From contig NW_027271766.1 of assembly GCF_040938485.1 (NCBI RefSeq), forward strand, positions 62,001 through 126,000: a stretch of 64,000 nucleotides of DNA, given 5' to 3'. This DNA is from Diadema antillarum (taxonomy: Eukaryota). Made by a program: the position numbers and the translations under genes. Below the pieces are notes generated by a model that was not told where the DNA came from, searched no databases, and saw nothing but the letters and a program-made list of their open reading frames with translations. Each line of letters starts with the position of its first letter. The first letter of the stretch is position 1. Shown piece after piece: positions 1 through 36,108 of this stretch.

Positions 1-1128
1 GATTTGAATGGAAAATAAGAATTTCACTTCTTTCACAGTGGCTTTTGTTTGGGACTGTGGCGTGCTGTTGCACTTGAGTGGATTGGTATAATACCTTAAG
101 AATTTAGAGGGAACTGACTGAATCTCCTTTCTGCAAGACGTTTGAAGGAATGCCCCCCCCCCCAAAAAAAAAAAAAAAAAAAGTTTTGAGGTAAAGATAG
201 GACAGCTGAATGAGAACATGTCATCTCAGGTATTTAGGTCTCCTTCTAGATTCAGTGTGATAGTCTTCAGGGACAAAAGATTGAATCAGCAGGTGCTGCA
301 AATTGTGGATTGTTTTCTCCTCCATATTTTCCTCTTGAAAGTTCTGCAATGAGCATTCGGTTTTTCGATACCTGGAGTTCCAAGTCGTCTTGCGCTCCAG
401 CATGATTTGGTATGACTGGCTCCACAAATATGAGAAGTGTTAGTCAGATGCTGACACACTAGAGGTATTCCACTCTCACAGGACTGACTACAAGCAAGTA
501 CACATGGGGTGCAAACAGGTTGACTTTGGGCATTCGCTCTTCCTACAAAATGTTTTGGAAGGCGATCTAGGTGAATTCTCGAAGGTATGGAAAAGATTTC
601 TGTGCATGTGTTTTACCTTCCACATTTAATACAGGGCATTTGCATTTCCATGAATCGTCAACTTCACATTCAAATATCTTTGCCTGAGTTAAATTACCCG
701 GGAATAGAAGTGGGTACCCGGTACATTGATTTTTAACTCTGAGACTGGAAGTCGTAAAGGAAATTGTACTGTATTGCTTGATCAGTCTTGATTTAAAATA
801 CATTCATGGCTGCTTACAGTGTGGAGTAGAGCATTTGTAATTACAAACAATGGAGGTTACTGTATTTGATTAAAGCAAGTGCGTTACAATTAGCTGGTGC
901 TTGGGGGTGTTGTCTGGTGTGGGGTGGAAGAAAAAAAAGTAAAAACAAATGTGTGTAGTATTTGATTGTAGTCTACAAAATACTGTTTTGTCATACCTAA
1001 CTTTTAATTTCAATTTTCTCTACACTCTTTATGGAACATTACAAATATTGTGTTGTTCATAAACAGTGTGCACTGTTATGAGACATGATACAAGGAAAAT
1101 AAATTTTCTGATAACTTTCTCTGTTGAG

Positions 1129-1315
1129 ACTCTGTCTTTGTGAGTGTTCAATATCTGCTCATTGAACTTTACAAACCTTTTGTTCAAGCTGAGATACACA
1201 AAGCATGCTCCATGGCAGCCATCTTGTACCAGCTCTGCGCAGAGTCAGTAAGATCATGGCGAGATCAGCACGAAACTAACTCCTTGCTTGAGAGAACTCG
1301 TACCAGGATTTTAGG
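1129..1315 (+). CDS. Candidate internal exon of an unidentified upstream gene: (D)SVFVSVQYLLIELYKPFVQAEIHKACSMAAILYQLCAESVRSWRDQHETNSLLERTRTRIL(G)
   Basis: 187-nt open frame between a ttgag acceptor (alternative caag acceptor at 1188) and a GG|gtaagg donor. Product not recognised. Confidence 0.4.
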
Positions 1316-1449
1316 GTAAGGGCGAATGTGGGTCGAAAAGGGGTCAGGGTGGGGTTGATGTAGGATGAGACAGGCGGGCATTGAAACAAGATACCAGCAT
1401 TCTTGCTGTAAGCCATCTTGCACAAGTCTCCTGCCAGCTCTGGCATTAG

Positions 1450-1635
1450 CAGGGCTGCCAACATTGGAAACTACTGTAGTAGTTGAGAGTGAGACTCCCA
1501 TAGGCCAATGCTGTAATTTAGGAGTCAAAATGAGTGAGATCAATAGAAATGCATGCAAATGAAATAAAGTTTTAGAGTGAGAAAGGACCAAAATGAGTGA
1601 GTCTCACTCTCGATGAGTGAGAGTTGGCATCCCTG
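1450..1635. mobile_element. hAT-like MITE with 6-bp TSD
   Basis: TIRs CAGGGCTGCCAAC / GTTGGCATCCCTG; CATTAG on both flanks. Confidence 0.8.
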
Positions 1636-1979
1636 CATTAGTTTGTGTGAGGTTAGTTTGAGCAAGGAGGTGTATACTAGGTTTAAGTGGACTAAATCTA
1701 GCTTACACTACTCCAATAACTTTTTACATGTGTGAAGCTGCATCATCAGAAACTTTACTGTGAAGTCTTGATTTTGAACCTTGAAAAGGTTCATGACTTA
1801 CAAGTTGTATGTATCTAAACCATCATTCCACCACTGAAACCCTTGAAATGAGTCACATTTGTGAATTTAGCAATAGATAAAGCTTCTCTTTTTATGGCCT
1901 ATTGCCTATGTACATTTGCCCCATTTACACTGAAAATTTACCATGTAACATTAGGCTTAGAAATTCCACACAATTGTAA

Positions 1980-2064
1980 CCTTTTGAGGACGAATCCCGA
2001 GTATACTTGCGCAAGTGTCTATGGGAAATGCATATTGTAGCAAAATCGGCCTGTCCTCAACAGG
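1980..2064. mobile_element. 85-bp piggyBac-type MITE, copy 1
   Basis: Similar to 51159-51243 in the opposite orientation; TGAGGAC/GTCCTCA TIR core; TTAA on the right, GTAA on the left. Confidence 0.8.
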
Positions 2065-2134
2065 TTAAAAGTTGGCATAATTGGTGATGTAAAATCAAAT
2101 AGAATGTAAATTGTAAGTTTTTTTCCCCCTTCAG

Positions 2135-2231
2135 AAAGCCTGTCACTGTTGATCCTCATTTGCATGTTTTGCCAAGCTCAGCTTTTCAAATGTGCCAAAT
2201 GTTTTTATTTTTGTGTTGTGTTTATGTATAA
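2135..2231 (+). CDS. Candidate terminal exon of the same upstream gene: (G)KPVTVDPHLHVLPSSAFQMCQMFLFLCCVYV-stop
   Basis: Strong acceptor ttttttcccccttcag; the phase matches the donor at 1316; open to TAA at 2229-2231. Confidence 0.3.
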
Positions 2232-2760
2232 TAGTAGGCCTAAATGCATATCATAACATTATTGCATATTTTGAAGTTCAAACTGGTATACACCTACCAT
2301 TCTTTGAAGTTGTGTGCAATACTCTCTTGTACTCTCTTGTCTTTGCCAGCCAGCTGTTACGAGAAATACCAGGGTGTTTGCACTATGTACATATTTTGCA
2401 GGAGGTCAGTAACGATGAGGTAAATACTGAAAGGTTACTGTACCTAACGAAATACAATTTCATATCACCAAGGCATTGATGAGTGTGATAACTTTTGAAA
2501 CATATCTGTGATAGCCCACTGGTGCTCCAAAGTGGATGTGGCCCTACCTATTTATCTAACCCTGCTGGATAAATATGCAGTCCTCCCAGATTGTGTGCAT
2601 GTGCAATTTAGACACCACTCCTGAATCAATTGCAAAGTTAAACAAAGCTCCATGCCTGTCCATTGGGACTCCCCAATGCCCCTTGGAATTGCTGCAATAT
2701 TACGTGAGGATGGCTCCATGCTTCTAAAGGAGAATAATGACCTAGTGCTCGCATGAATAT

Positions 2761-2849
2761 AAAACATCCGCTCCAGCGACGTATGGTCTCATTTCAAAGA
2801 AGGATGAGGCAAAGAGTGGGCAGTTTGGACGTCACCACTTCTTGGCGAC
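2761..2849 (+). promoter_or_regulatory. Candidate UGP promoter / 5' leader (CpG-containing patch)
   Basis: Local cluster of CpGs in otherwise CpG-poor DNA, including a GACGTCA CRE-like site, directly upstream of candidate exon 1a. Confidence 0.4.
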
Positions 2850-2942
2850 ATGGATAGTTACAGTATACAGAGCGAAAAGTTGCGCTGTCTGACAAGGCCG
2901 GAATTTGACTACTTCTTAAGCGTAGACTCTGCAGACTGTGAT
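2850..2942 (+). CDS. UGP2: Candidate UGP first coding exon 1a: MDSYSIQSEKLRCLTRPEFDYFLSVDSADCD
   Basis: ATG in strong context (GACATGG), 31 open codons, then a GTGAGT donor at 2943 in phase 0, matching the phase-0 acceptor at 12182. It sits in a CpG-containing patch. No homology support for the peptide. Confidence 0.55.
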
Positions 2943-3656
2943 GTGAGTCAGAATGTTTCATTTTTATATTTTTTTTTCTTATTTCAATAATAGGCAAATC
3001 CTTTAAAACTCTTCAAGAACTATTGTAATTTTTTGAGTAGAAAGACAAATGACATCATTATTACACACAGGAAAGGATTTGCTTGGAGTGTCATGTTTAC
3101 TGTAACCCTGCCATTCATCCAAAGCGCCCCCCCCCCCCCCCCCCTTAGCCGAATGGTGCATCAGGAGCATGCTGGCTCTCTCTCTCAAAAAAAATTATGT
3201 TAATTAAAACAATAATAGTAGTAATAATAGCAACATAATGATGATGATCTTTATAGCATAATGATAATGGTATTTACAGCATAGCTATGGTAATGCTACC
3301 AATTGTGAAAGAAGAGTAAAAGTTGAAAGAGAAGAAAAAAATGGTGTTAGTTAAACTTTCTTTATATTCTTTATACTCGTGCCTGCACTATTGTGCAAAA
3401 TTGGATGGGAAAATTGTTTTTCTTTTCTGAAAGAGCAATTCTTTCATATGTTTCTTCAAGATTAGAATCATAAAATGAATCGGAAATTGTCTTAATTGCC
3501 ATTTTTCTACAACATTTTTTTTCACATGGTGTGATTAGGTATGTCTTAAAGTTCCCATTTCATTACATAAAACCTTTGCACACTCTCCACTTTCTACTAT
3601 AGACCGATTCTGTGACACGCTATGTGTATTTTTGGCATGGGCAGCACCATTAACGA

Positions 3657-3857
3657 GGTGTCTCAGCCGACCCCCCCTCTCCTCTTCCCCACCCCCTTCC
3701 GCGCGCGGAATGAAAAACTGATGTATGGTCGTTTTAGCCAATAGGCGTCTCGTACTGAGTGCGCGAACGCTTGCTTAGTGCGCGAACCTTTGTTACAAGT
3801 GCGTGATAAACATGTTGCCCGGGGGTGGGGGAGAGCAGGGGGGTCGGCTGAGACACC
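3657..3857. mobile_element. About 200-bp GC-rich MITE-like element
   Basis: Perfect 20-bp inverted ends GGTGTCTCAGCCGACCCCCC / GGGGGGTCGGCTGAGACACC, extending imperfectly inward; no clear TSD. Confidence 0.7.
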
Positions 3858-4495
3858 CACTATGGCTGCGCCCAGTGCCACAAATTGTCTGCTGCCCTCA
3901 ACGAACCCGAATCGGTCTATAATAACCATTGAGAGGATGATATTATGGCTTTGTAAGTCAGTATACATCATAAAGAGAATGTACCCTATACTTAGTAAAT
4001 GTGTAAACTTTCAGCCTAATCTGAAAACTTTGTAGTGGTTTGCTCTTTAGTTTTGAATGAATAGACCCTTTAAACCTTAAAGCCTCATTTCAAAGGGTGT
4101 ACAATCTTTCCATTATTTACAATGTAGATGGGTTAAGTTAGTATGGGTTGACTAAATCCCATATCGTCTTAAAGCTTAGAGTCTGCTCTTTCAGAATCTG
4201 CCCTTTTAAAACTAAAATCCATTTCTGGCAACCTTTTGGTGGTTTTGTGATGCAGGGTCACTTACAATTATGTATGTTCATTATAAATGCATTCCACACT
4301 GCATTTCTCATGTTGTACTGATCCTGCTCTGTGAGAAGTACTGACAGGACTTCTCATATCATGTTGACAGAAAAGCAAAGAATTTTTTTTTTCTTCATCC
4401 CCGCAAAATATTGTTCATCCTTGATCTGATGTGATGGCCATCTATCCAGTCCTTAGCTATTGAATGGACCTGGGATACCATGCAACATGAAAGAT

Positions 4496-4683
4496 CAGGG
4501 CCCCATTTCATAACAAAGTTGCTATGATGGCAACTCTTGCTGGAATGGTAATTGTCATAGTAACAACAAAATTCCAGCTTCCTGACTGGCTGTTGCTACG
4601 GGAAATTGCTATTCTACCAAGAGTTGCTATCCTATAAACACCTTTTTTTCCCTTTTTTTTTCTTTTTTTTAGATTGGGCCCAG
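4496..4683. mobile_element. MITE of the GGGCCCCATTTCATAA family (second copy 49477-49654)
   Basis: Shares GATGGCAACTCTTG...CAAGAGTTGCTATCCT with the 49.5-kb copy; right TIR degraded. Confidence 0.7.
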
Positions 4684-4813
4684 AGGTATTGTAAAGAGGA
4701 GAATGAGAGTTTAAATTGAGGGTTGTGTCAGGAGGATGACATTTCTTTTGGACAAGAGTGGCCATTCTAATACTAGTTTACCCAAGTAGACATGAAACCT
4801 ACAGGTCTCTATA

Positions 4814-5377
4814 GGGCTTTTTACACTTGTAAATTTTTGCTTAGCCCCGGACCAACGGTGGGGCTAAGGGGGGGCCTTAGCCCCACCGTTGGTACGGGAC
4901 TATCCTTAGCCCACTTTCTGTTTACACTCGTTTTTGCCAAAGTGGGCTAGCCCCACCGATAGTACGGTACTATCTGGCCCTGCAAAATAGCAGGGGTTAG
5001 CACCGCAATTGCGGTGCTAGCACCACAATTGCGGTGCCAAGCAAGTGAGTGTAAACAGAACGAAAAAATAATCCTGGGCTAAGCGACGGAGACGAAATCC
5101 GACCCTCACTGACCAATCAGAAACGAGGTAATCAAGTGCTGCCGGTGCGTGCGTGTACGTGTATAGTACACAGCGTAATTATGGATATTCATGTGGTTTG
5201 GAAAGTCCGGGGCTAAGAAATACGAGTGTAAAAAGGTCAGTTTTCTCCTTAGCCCCGGACAAGAGATAGTACGGGACTAATTGGCGAGTGTAAAAAGCTG
5301 AAAAAATTGGTACGGGGCTAACGATAGTCCTGGGTCAGAGAAAGTCCGGGGTTAAGAAACACAAGTGTAAAAAGCCC
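4814..5377. mobile_element. PIF/Harbinger-like non-autonomous element
   Basis: Perfect TIR GGGCTTTTTACACTTGT / ACAAGTGTAAAAAGCCC, ATA/TTA flanks, repeated CTTAGCCCC motif and an internal 18-bp perfect hairpin at 4852-4892. Confidence 0.8.
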
Positions 5378-8300
5378 TTATTTGAACTTTCAGTCTAATG
5401 ACATTCTTTTCCCCAAAGAGTTTCTCCCAGTTCTACTTTCTTGCTATTGAAATGTCATGGTCATTGAAATGAGATCCATGTTCCCTTGGGGCTGGGACCA
5501 AAGTGGGGGCTGGGACCAAAGTGGGGGCTAGTTTTTTCATTTTGATCTTCTTTTTGAAACACGTGGTCAAGTTTTCTACAAAATTGGCAGGTATTATTGC
5601 CAGTATATATGCAAAATATACAAATGGAACCCTTGCCCTCGTGGAGATCCGTAAAAGCTCCCAAGTTTGGCGAGTTCTTCTTGGGTAATAGTCTGCAAAA
5701 ATGTGTGGAATATGAACTTGCAGTACTCAGATAAGTGCTAGACCTACTACTGTCTCTTGTTTCTACTAGTAGTTTGTGGAAGAGCAAGTAGGCCTATTCT
5801 GTCATATAATGTTGGGATCACTAAAACAATTCCCCCCTTTTTTTGTTTTTTTTGTTTTGTGAAACACTTTTTTTTTCGGGGGGGGGGGGAGGGGTCTGAC
5901 GTAGGTTTTGTCTGATTTACAAATTTGGAGCACGAGAAACCCTTTACACACTCTCCACTTTAATCTCGAATAACTTTTGAAAGGAGAATGCTATTCTATT
6001 GAAAGTTTGTGTATGCCGGTAAATCATGGATAGAATGTATTCAACTAGTGTGCAAAATATCAGGATAATCTAATAATTACTTCGTAGTGATTGCTGTGGA
6101 GTTTTTTTCCCCTCATTTTTTCTTCTTTGTGTCATTCATTGCACAGAGCATCACAGGGTGACATAAAGCACTTGAATAAACCCTAAACTTCAAAGCCTCT
6201 TTTCTCAGTAAACACCTTTCCAGAGGGTATACTGCTACTTTCTTTCCGTTTTATAGATCCATGGGTTACAAAGCTTCATTTTGTTGAGACACATGTATGT
6301 CATTTTGGAACTCAGAGTCTGCTCTTTCAGACATGTCTGGCAACTTTTTGGTGGATTTGTGATGCAGCCTGCCGGGTCACATATATTTTCACTCAGCATC
6401 CCATTGGCCACCCTTCATCTTGTACAACATATAATATACTGTACATATATATAGGACTAAGGGTCCTTCAGACACTGACACAAATACTCAACATGTAGAC
6501 TATATATTTTTTTAACTCTGCTATGTATATGTAAGTCTAATTTTGGTATCAACATTCCTCCAAAACTGACCAGACATACTCCAGAAATGACACTAAGGAT
6601 ATGAAACAGACAGCACTTGATCTGGAGACTCAAAATCATGATATTTTTGACCCAGTGTCATACACTGTCACAGAGAATATGCATCAGCTGCAATCATTTG
6701 TAGATAGGTTTACCGACGTAATATGTTAAAGGCAGGGAGGTGTCTCCCTCACACATCCCTGGTTTAAAGACATTGCAATGCTCCAAACACACCTTTGTCA
6801 TTATTACATTGTGCCATTATTGTTTTTATTAACAAGAAAAAGTGTATGAAAACCAGCATGCTGCTGACACACCCTTTCGTCGAATGCGGGGTATTTCGAC
6901 GAATGGTGGGGCTCCAGTCTATGTGACACAACGTGACGCAGTGCTAACATCCTTTCAAACAAGATTCTATAATATTAAGAGAATGGGATACGTCTCAATC
7001 TATAAATTTTTATGATTTATGATGGGCTCACAAAGAAAGTGATTTTCTTATGCTGCGTTTACACCTTGTTCCTGGCGGCCATGGCAGTCACATTTCCGGC
7101 CAAAACGAGATGGATGTGAGACAATGTGGTGAGACGGGATAGGCAAATGTGACAGGCCATGATTGCCATGAATGATTGTTAGATTTTTAAACTGTAAAAA
7201 AATTTGCCACGGCAGTCCCGGTGCTAATGAGAAATGTTGTATGCCACAATGAAACGGGGTGAATGAACAAAACATGACGGCACGTGTAGGCTGTAACAAA
7301 ACTTGGAGGTGGTCTGTAGCAGGCCACAACAGAAAATATTGATAGTCTAGCCTGACCAGACGCCCTGAGAGCAGTGTCTGATAGCTATAATGTTCACCGG
7401 GGGGAGGACTGGAGCGAACAAGACCAAAACATGAAGAGGTGAAAACAGGAGAATGTCTCATCTACCCATGGCGCATTACTGTTGTGGCCGCCAGGAACAT
7501 GGTGTAAATACAGCATTAAAGAATTCCCGAGGTGCGAGTTTTATGCCTAATGCATGAACTTTGCTAGGTCTGATGTAGCACAAAGTTATCTCTCTAATTG
7601 ATGGCTCTTTGGCATCTTCCCAGTTGTGATGAGTGACTATTGGCAGCCTTGAAGGTATCAAAATACAGTCACATGAAATTGAATTATCTAGAACTCGAGT
7701 GTAGTGTAAAAAACAAACAGAGTACTATAGTTGTGCTTACCAATCATGAAAATAGTGGTAGTAAACTATAGACACTGTGACCCCTCAGTGGCTAGATGAA
7801 CTTAGTGGTGTTCAAGTAAGATATAAATTGCATTTGAAGTTGGGTAGGACTTTGCCAAGAACATCAATGTGATGATACTGCAAACTTTTGTCCAAGTGCT
7901 GAAGCAAACATTGATTGCATCACCATGTTTATCAGTCTAGGCGGTGGGAGAGGGGAGGGCAGGGGTGTCTGCATGTGGAGGGGGGAGGGGGCGGAGGGGT
8001 TCTTGTGATGTGTGTACTTAGTTCACAATCCCCAGCTAAGTATCATTCCTTTCTTCTATGGGTGAATGAGTGTTCACTCTTTTGAAAGGCAGGCCTGATC
8101 TGCTTGGAGTTTAGACTTTGCTTAAAAGGTCAGCTGATGATATATTCTTTTCTTCTATTTCAGTTTAGGCTTGACTTTTCGCAAATTTGAGCAAGGCAGA
8201 CATGTACAGAGTGGATGTTGATCCTTTGAAGGACAGTGCTATCTCTACAGGTCAATGTTCACATTGCCTACTCTGGTCCCAAGAAGGAGTTTTTATAATA

Positions 8301-8585
8301 GTATGGTCCATTCTGTAGCCTTTTGCTTCAATTGGATCATACACTTCCTGCATATGGTGTAGGTGCTCACTGGTGTCTGAGACCCCCTCCCCATTTTTTT
8401 TTTTCTCCCCAACTCAAACTTCTCTCGTTTTTAAGCTTTGCAAAGTACGGTAGAAGCTGCATTTATAGACGGGTCCTAGGGTTAGTGTTTGCTCCATGCC
8501 GTCAAGGGAACAAATTTGATGGTCAGTTGGAAATTCTTCGATTTTATAGCTATATCTAGCTTTGTTATTTCATGAAGACTCAATC

Positions 8586-31712
<23,127 letters not shown>

Positions 31713-33526
31713 AAAGTCATCAATATATCAGAGATTCTATCACATTTTTTTTCCGTTGTGATGTAAAATGTGTACATACCTAATTCATGTCTGAAATAGA
31801 CCAGCCAATTTTATTGTTTGAATGCAGTTCATTTCTGTGTGAGGGAGTTTCTACTGCAAGTCAAGTAGGATATGAATTTGGAAAAAGCAAGTTGTGAATT
31901 TTACAGAAACTCACAAAAACTTACAAAAAAGGATGAAGTGCTGACTTTTGAATTGCCAAATTCAACTGAACCTCTTTACACTGTTGGCTGTCGACAGGCT
32001 ATAGATATATTGATTGTGACTCAACTGTGAAATCTTGATTCTATGCTTGGCTTTGCAGTCTGTTGTTTGGTTATCATAATGCATCGTAGACGGTGTTCTG
32101 GGTTTCTGTGATCTTCCATGTTGGAGGCATAATAATAACAAGAATTATTTTGATTCTGTGATGGTGTGCGTGAAGTAAATCTCATTTCTCCAGTGCCAAT
32201 TTACTGCTGCTTGGGAATTACATTGTACTGAACTCTGTGATGTAGAGCATGGGAAGTAGGAAGCCCAATATGAGTCACTGTCAGCCAGGAGGAAATAGAA
32301 TGTGATGTGAAATACTTGTTATTGTTGTCAACAGGCCTTCCCTTATTCTTCCAAAATCAGGCATTAAATCTGAGTCTTGAAGTGGATATATTTGCCTGAG
32401 TAATTTCTCATTCTTGGCAAAGTAAGAAATTTCGAGTGTTTTTAATTCTGTGGAATCAGGACGTTAATAACTGGAACATATGGCATTCAGAAAAAAGAAA
32501 TTGCACTAGCTTCTGGTTGCGCGAAATGCACAAAAATTTCCGCTTTAACAGTATTTTTTTTTTCCTGTAGGATTGCCAATAAGACTATTTTCAAAATATA
32601 TCTTGACTACCATTTGATATTGATGAAGAACATTGCTCTGGCTGTTTTGGTTTCTTTGATATGTATTGTCTGTAACAAATGACATTGATGAGAAGGGTTG
32701 AATGGGTTCCCAGTGTGCTGCTTCTTCCTGTAAAAACCAATATGTTATCAAGAGTGAATTCACAGTTGTTTGTTCAGGACTCTTGATTTTGATGACCCAC
32801 GTTTGTGGGGTAGAGTTGAACTGAGAGCACACTAAAACCCCCATGTACTTTACATTGACAATCCTTATTCTGTCCATTACAAGTCTGATTGTTGACCAAC
32901 AAAAATGCTTCTAAATGTAGGGCTATATTTGGTCTTTTTCACCACAACTAATCAACTGCCACCAGCATAGTTGGATAAGGAGATGTGTGTATATATATGC
33001 ATACTATGTATCAATGATCAACACTAACTTTTTTTTTGTGGTGCCCCATTAGGATCACTAGAATCTATTAATTTGAAATTTTGGTGGTCTGAAATAAAAG
33101 GAAATTTGAAAGATTCATTTAGAATTTTAATTGCCCCCTAAGGCCACCAAAAGGTAGCCGCCTTGGAAATTTGGTGGCCCGACATAATTCTAAACCCCCA
33201 GGCCACCGCTAACATTAAGTCCTGATATACTTATGTGTGTGTGTATATATTATATATATGAATATATGCACACATGTAAAGTAGAGATAAATCAGTAAAA
33301 TAACATAAGTGAGTGACAAATAGTATCATGGTAAAAATCTTTCTCCAGTCTTAGTTGGTAAATTCTTCCGACAAGTCATCTTTCGGTGTTGTCAAGATTT
33401 GCTGTTGCCACAGAGCTACCACGGTAAATACCAGACATCATGTTTTTCATGATTATAGGCAGCAGTCTTTTTACAAGGTTAATCATGGCTTGTAAGAATG
33501 TTAGGTAGCTGGCAGTACTTGCATTG

Positions 33527-33691
33527 ATGTTCTTGTTCTTTGCCCCATCTTTTAGATAACTCAGACCTCATTGTGCAAAGCATGTTCTTGTTCTTTGCCC
33601 CATCTTTTAGATAACCCAGACCTCATTGTGCAAAACATGTTCTTATTCTTTGCCCCATCTTTTAGATAACTCAGACCTCATTGTGCAAAAC
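33527..33691. repeat. Tandem repeat, 3 x 55 bp
   Basis: Unit ATGTTCTTGTTCTTTGCCCCATCTTTTAGATAACTCAGACCTCATTGTGCAAAGC starting at 33527, 33582 and 33637. Confidence 0.95.
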
Positions 33692-33749
33692 ATTGAGCAT
33701 AAAGCAAGTCCAGATGTTTTAGCTGTAAAAAAAACTTTAACCATGTCAC

Positions 33750-34460
33750 AGCCAAGGCCAAGAGCATCATACCGTTGGCGATCATCCAAACTGTTGTGTG
33801 CAGTTTTTGCGTAAGAATGGCATTTCGAGATAATCGCTTTTGAAGTTTACCCATTTTTTCGATTATGATTGCTCTACTCTTATGTCTGGCACTTTCAGTC
33901 ATTTTTGTAATACATAAGAGTGTAATTCTTACTCTTACGTGTGATGTATTCATCGAATTCTATTGTTAGGAATTACGCAAGAAATCGCAAGAGATCTATA
34001 TGTATGTTCTTTTCAGTTTGCGAAGACCGTAGTCATTTACCATGTATACAACAGTTTTGTTGACCGCACGCACTGCACTTGCGGTCAACAAACCGTCGTA
34101 TATCACTATGATTATGCGCAAAGTCAATGCGCCCGATATACGACGGTTCGTTGGCCGTGTGCACTGTGTTTGCTGTCATCCAAACCGTCGTATGTAGGAG
34201 AGGACAGCGTATCGCTGTGTTTAACACGCGTGCCCAAGCTGCACGCGCCTATGGGGAAATGAACAAAATGAAATTACGTGACTCTATAAATGTGATAATT
34301 ACACAAAAATTACATCAAGTCAGAAACTGAAAATTTCACAATATGTATAACGGAATGTCTACTATCGAAATGACTGAAAATCTCAAAATTTTGAAAATTT
34401 GACCGAAAATGGGGATATACGATGGTCGGATGACCACCAAGGATATATGAGAGCAGTGTA
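33750..34460. mobile_element. Degenerate CpG-rich DNA transposon remnant
   Basis: TCATCCAAAC(C/T)GT motif recurs in direct and inverted orientation; ends poorly defined. Confidence 0.4.
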
Positions 34461-35714
34461 CAGTAACAGTAACAATGCCACTGGCATTTTAAGATTGAGT
34501 TTCAGAGTGTTGATCTGAAGCAGTTGATAGACCCCATTTTTGATGACCGTTTATGCCTGAAGTAATGGCTGCAGTGTTCTCTGTTCAAGGTGGTCACAGA
34601 TTTGTGTATTCTCGTTCTTCACATAGTGGTGACTCCTCAAGGAGTTAAACTCTGAAGGAGTTATCTGTTCTCTGACCGTTGAATTCCATAAAACATATAG
34701 TTCCATCACATTATCTGGGAATTCACATACAGTATTATCATAGTGATAACAATAGTTCAATTAATACTATCAGTAGTAATAATGATAAAATTCATAATAA
34801 TTACACCTATTATAACAAAGATGTGAGATGTTACAGTCAGTATCAGTAAAGATCTACAAGAATGACAACAAACAAATTTCTCAGAAGTGTTTTATTTTCT
34901 CCATTCGAAAAGGTTGGATGTTCTTCAATAATGTGTGCATGTAAGACATATTGTATTGAAGATAGACTCTGCCTTTTCCAGCATTGGTCAAATTATCGTC
35001 AAAGATCAATGATTTAACTAAAGTTCATTGTTAGGAAGTGATACGTGCAACAGTTAATAGAGTATCAGGAATGAATGATACAACTTGGTGTTAGTGAAAA
35101 CAGGTAAATTTTTCTGGATTAGTTTGTTCTGCTGTTGCTAGGATAAAATTGCAGTGTTGACACACGTATTGGGGTCAGAGGTTAAGATTATTTGTAGAAT
35201 GGAATAGACAAGCTTGGCAAAGACAAATATGCAAATCAGACTTTTCAAAATTAATGGATAATAACTAAGAAGATAAGTAGAAGGCATATCAGTCCATGTC
35301 ACAACATCCAATTTAGTGGGTTTCATGGTCATATATTACTTTTGAGTTACTCATTCTACTAAGATTTTATATTCTGTGAAGTGGAAATTTTCATATGAGT
35401 AAATTTTCATGTGAATATTGTTGCACTCCATCGGTAGGATAAATTTTACATGTTTTTGACTCTACAGAATCAAAAAGTACAGGAGTATTACATACATCAA
35501 GCAAAATAGTTTTGTGCTATTTTCAAGCTAGTAAAATGCTACACAAAATTCTGTGAAAATTTCTACACTGCAAAAATATTCACTTTTACATTATAGTGTG
35601 CGCAAAAATGAAAAAGTATACAAGGGAATGGGATCCCTATCCCCAAGAATGCTGGACTGTGTGGGATATGTGTGTATGTTTGTGTGTGTACATACATATG
35701 TGTGTGTTTGCATT

Positions 35715-35746
<32 letters not shown>

Positions 35747-35907
35747 CGGTTCTTAATCATTGGCAAGCAATGCCCCAAACTTCTCACGACTGAAACAGCA
35801 TGTGATGATCATTAGGATGTGCATTATTATTATTTTTTTTTGGGGGGGGGATGGGGTGAGGGAAGGATGGAGGTCAAAGGAATGGCCTCTAGGACAATTC
35901 TTTGTCC

Positions 35908-36108
35908 CGTATAAGCTGTAATTTTTGCGAGGGTTTAATCACAGTCCGATCGCGAATTCTTCAACACGCAAAAATGTCGCATTGAGCTGAGGTAATACTG
36001 CATTTAAGATACCTTTGGTTTCAATTTGCGAAAACAACTTCTTGAGAAAATGTCTGTGACCTCCTCATTCGCGAAAATATCTGTGCGCGAAAATAACAGC
36101 TTATAAAG
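35908..36108. mobile_element. mariner/pogo-type MITE
   Basis: CGTATAAGCTGT / ACAGCTTATAAAG ends; shares CCTCATTCGCGAAAATATCT with 21477-21674. Confidence 0.7.

Noticed and set aside
221-427. 68-aa minus-strand ORF as a terminal exon
   Set aside because: No recognisable motif and a weak acceptor; the plus strand offers an equally good, splice-compatible reading.
7048-7461. 137-aa minus ORF as a transposase remnant
   Set aside because: Lies in a probable Harbinger-like MITE remnant (GCTGCGTTTACAC left end) but has no DDE or other recognisable motif.
33094-33099. UGP polyadenylation signal AATAAA
   Set aside because: A single hexamer in AT-rich DNA beside a repeat fragment, 1.4 kb after the stop; cannot be supported without 3'-end data.
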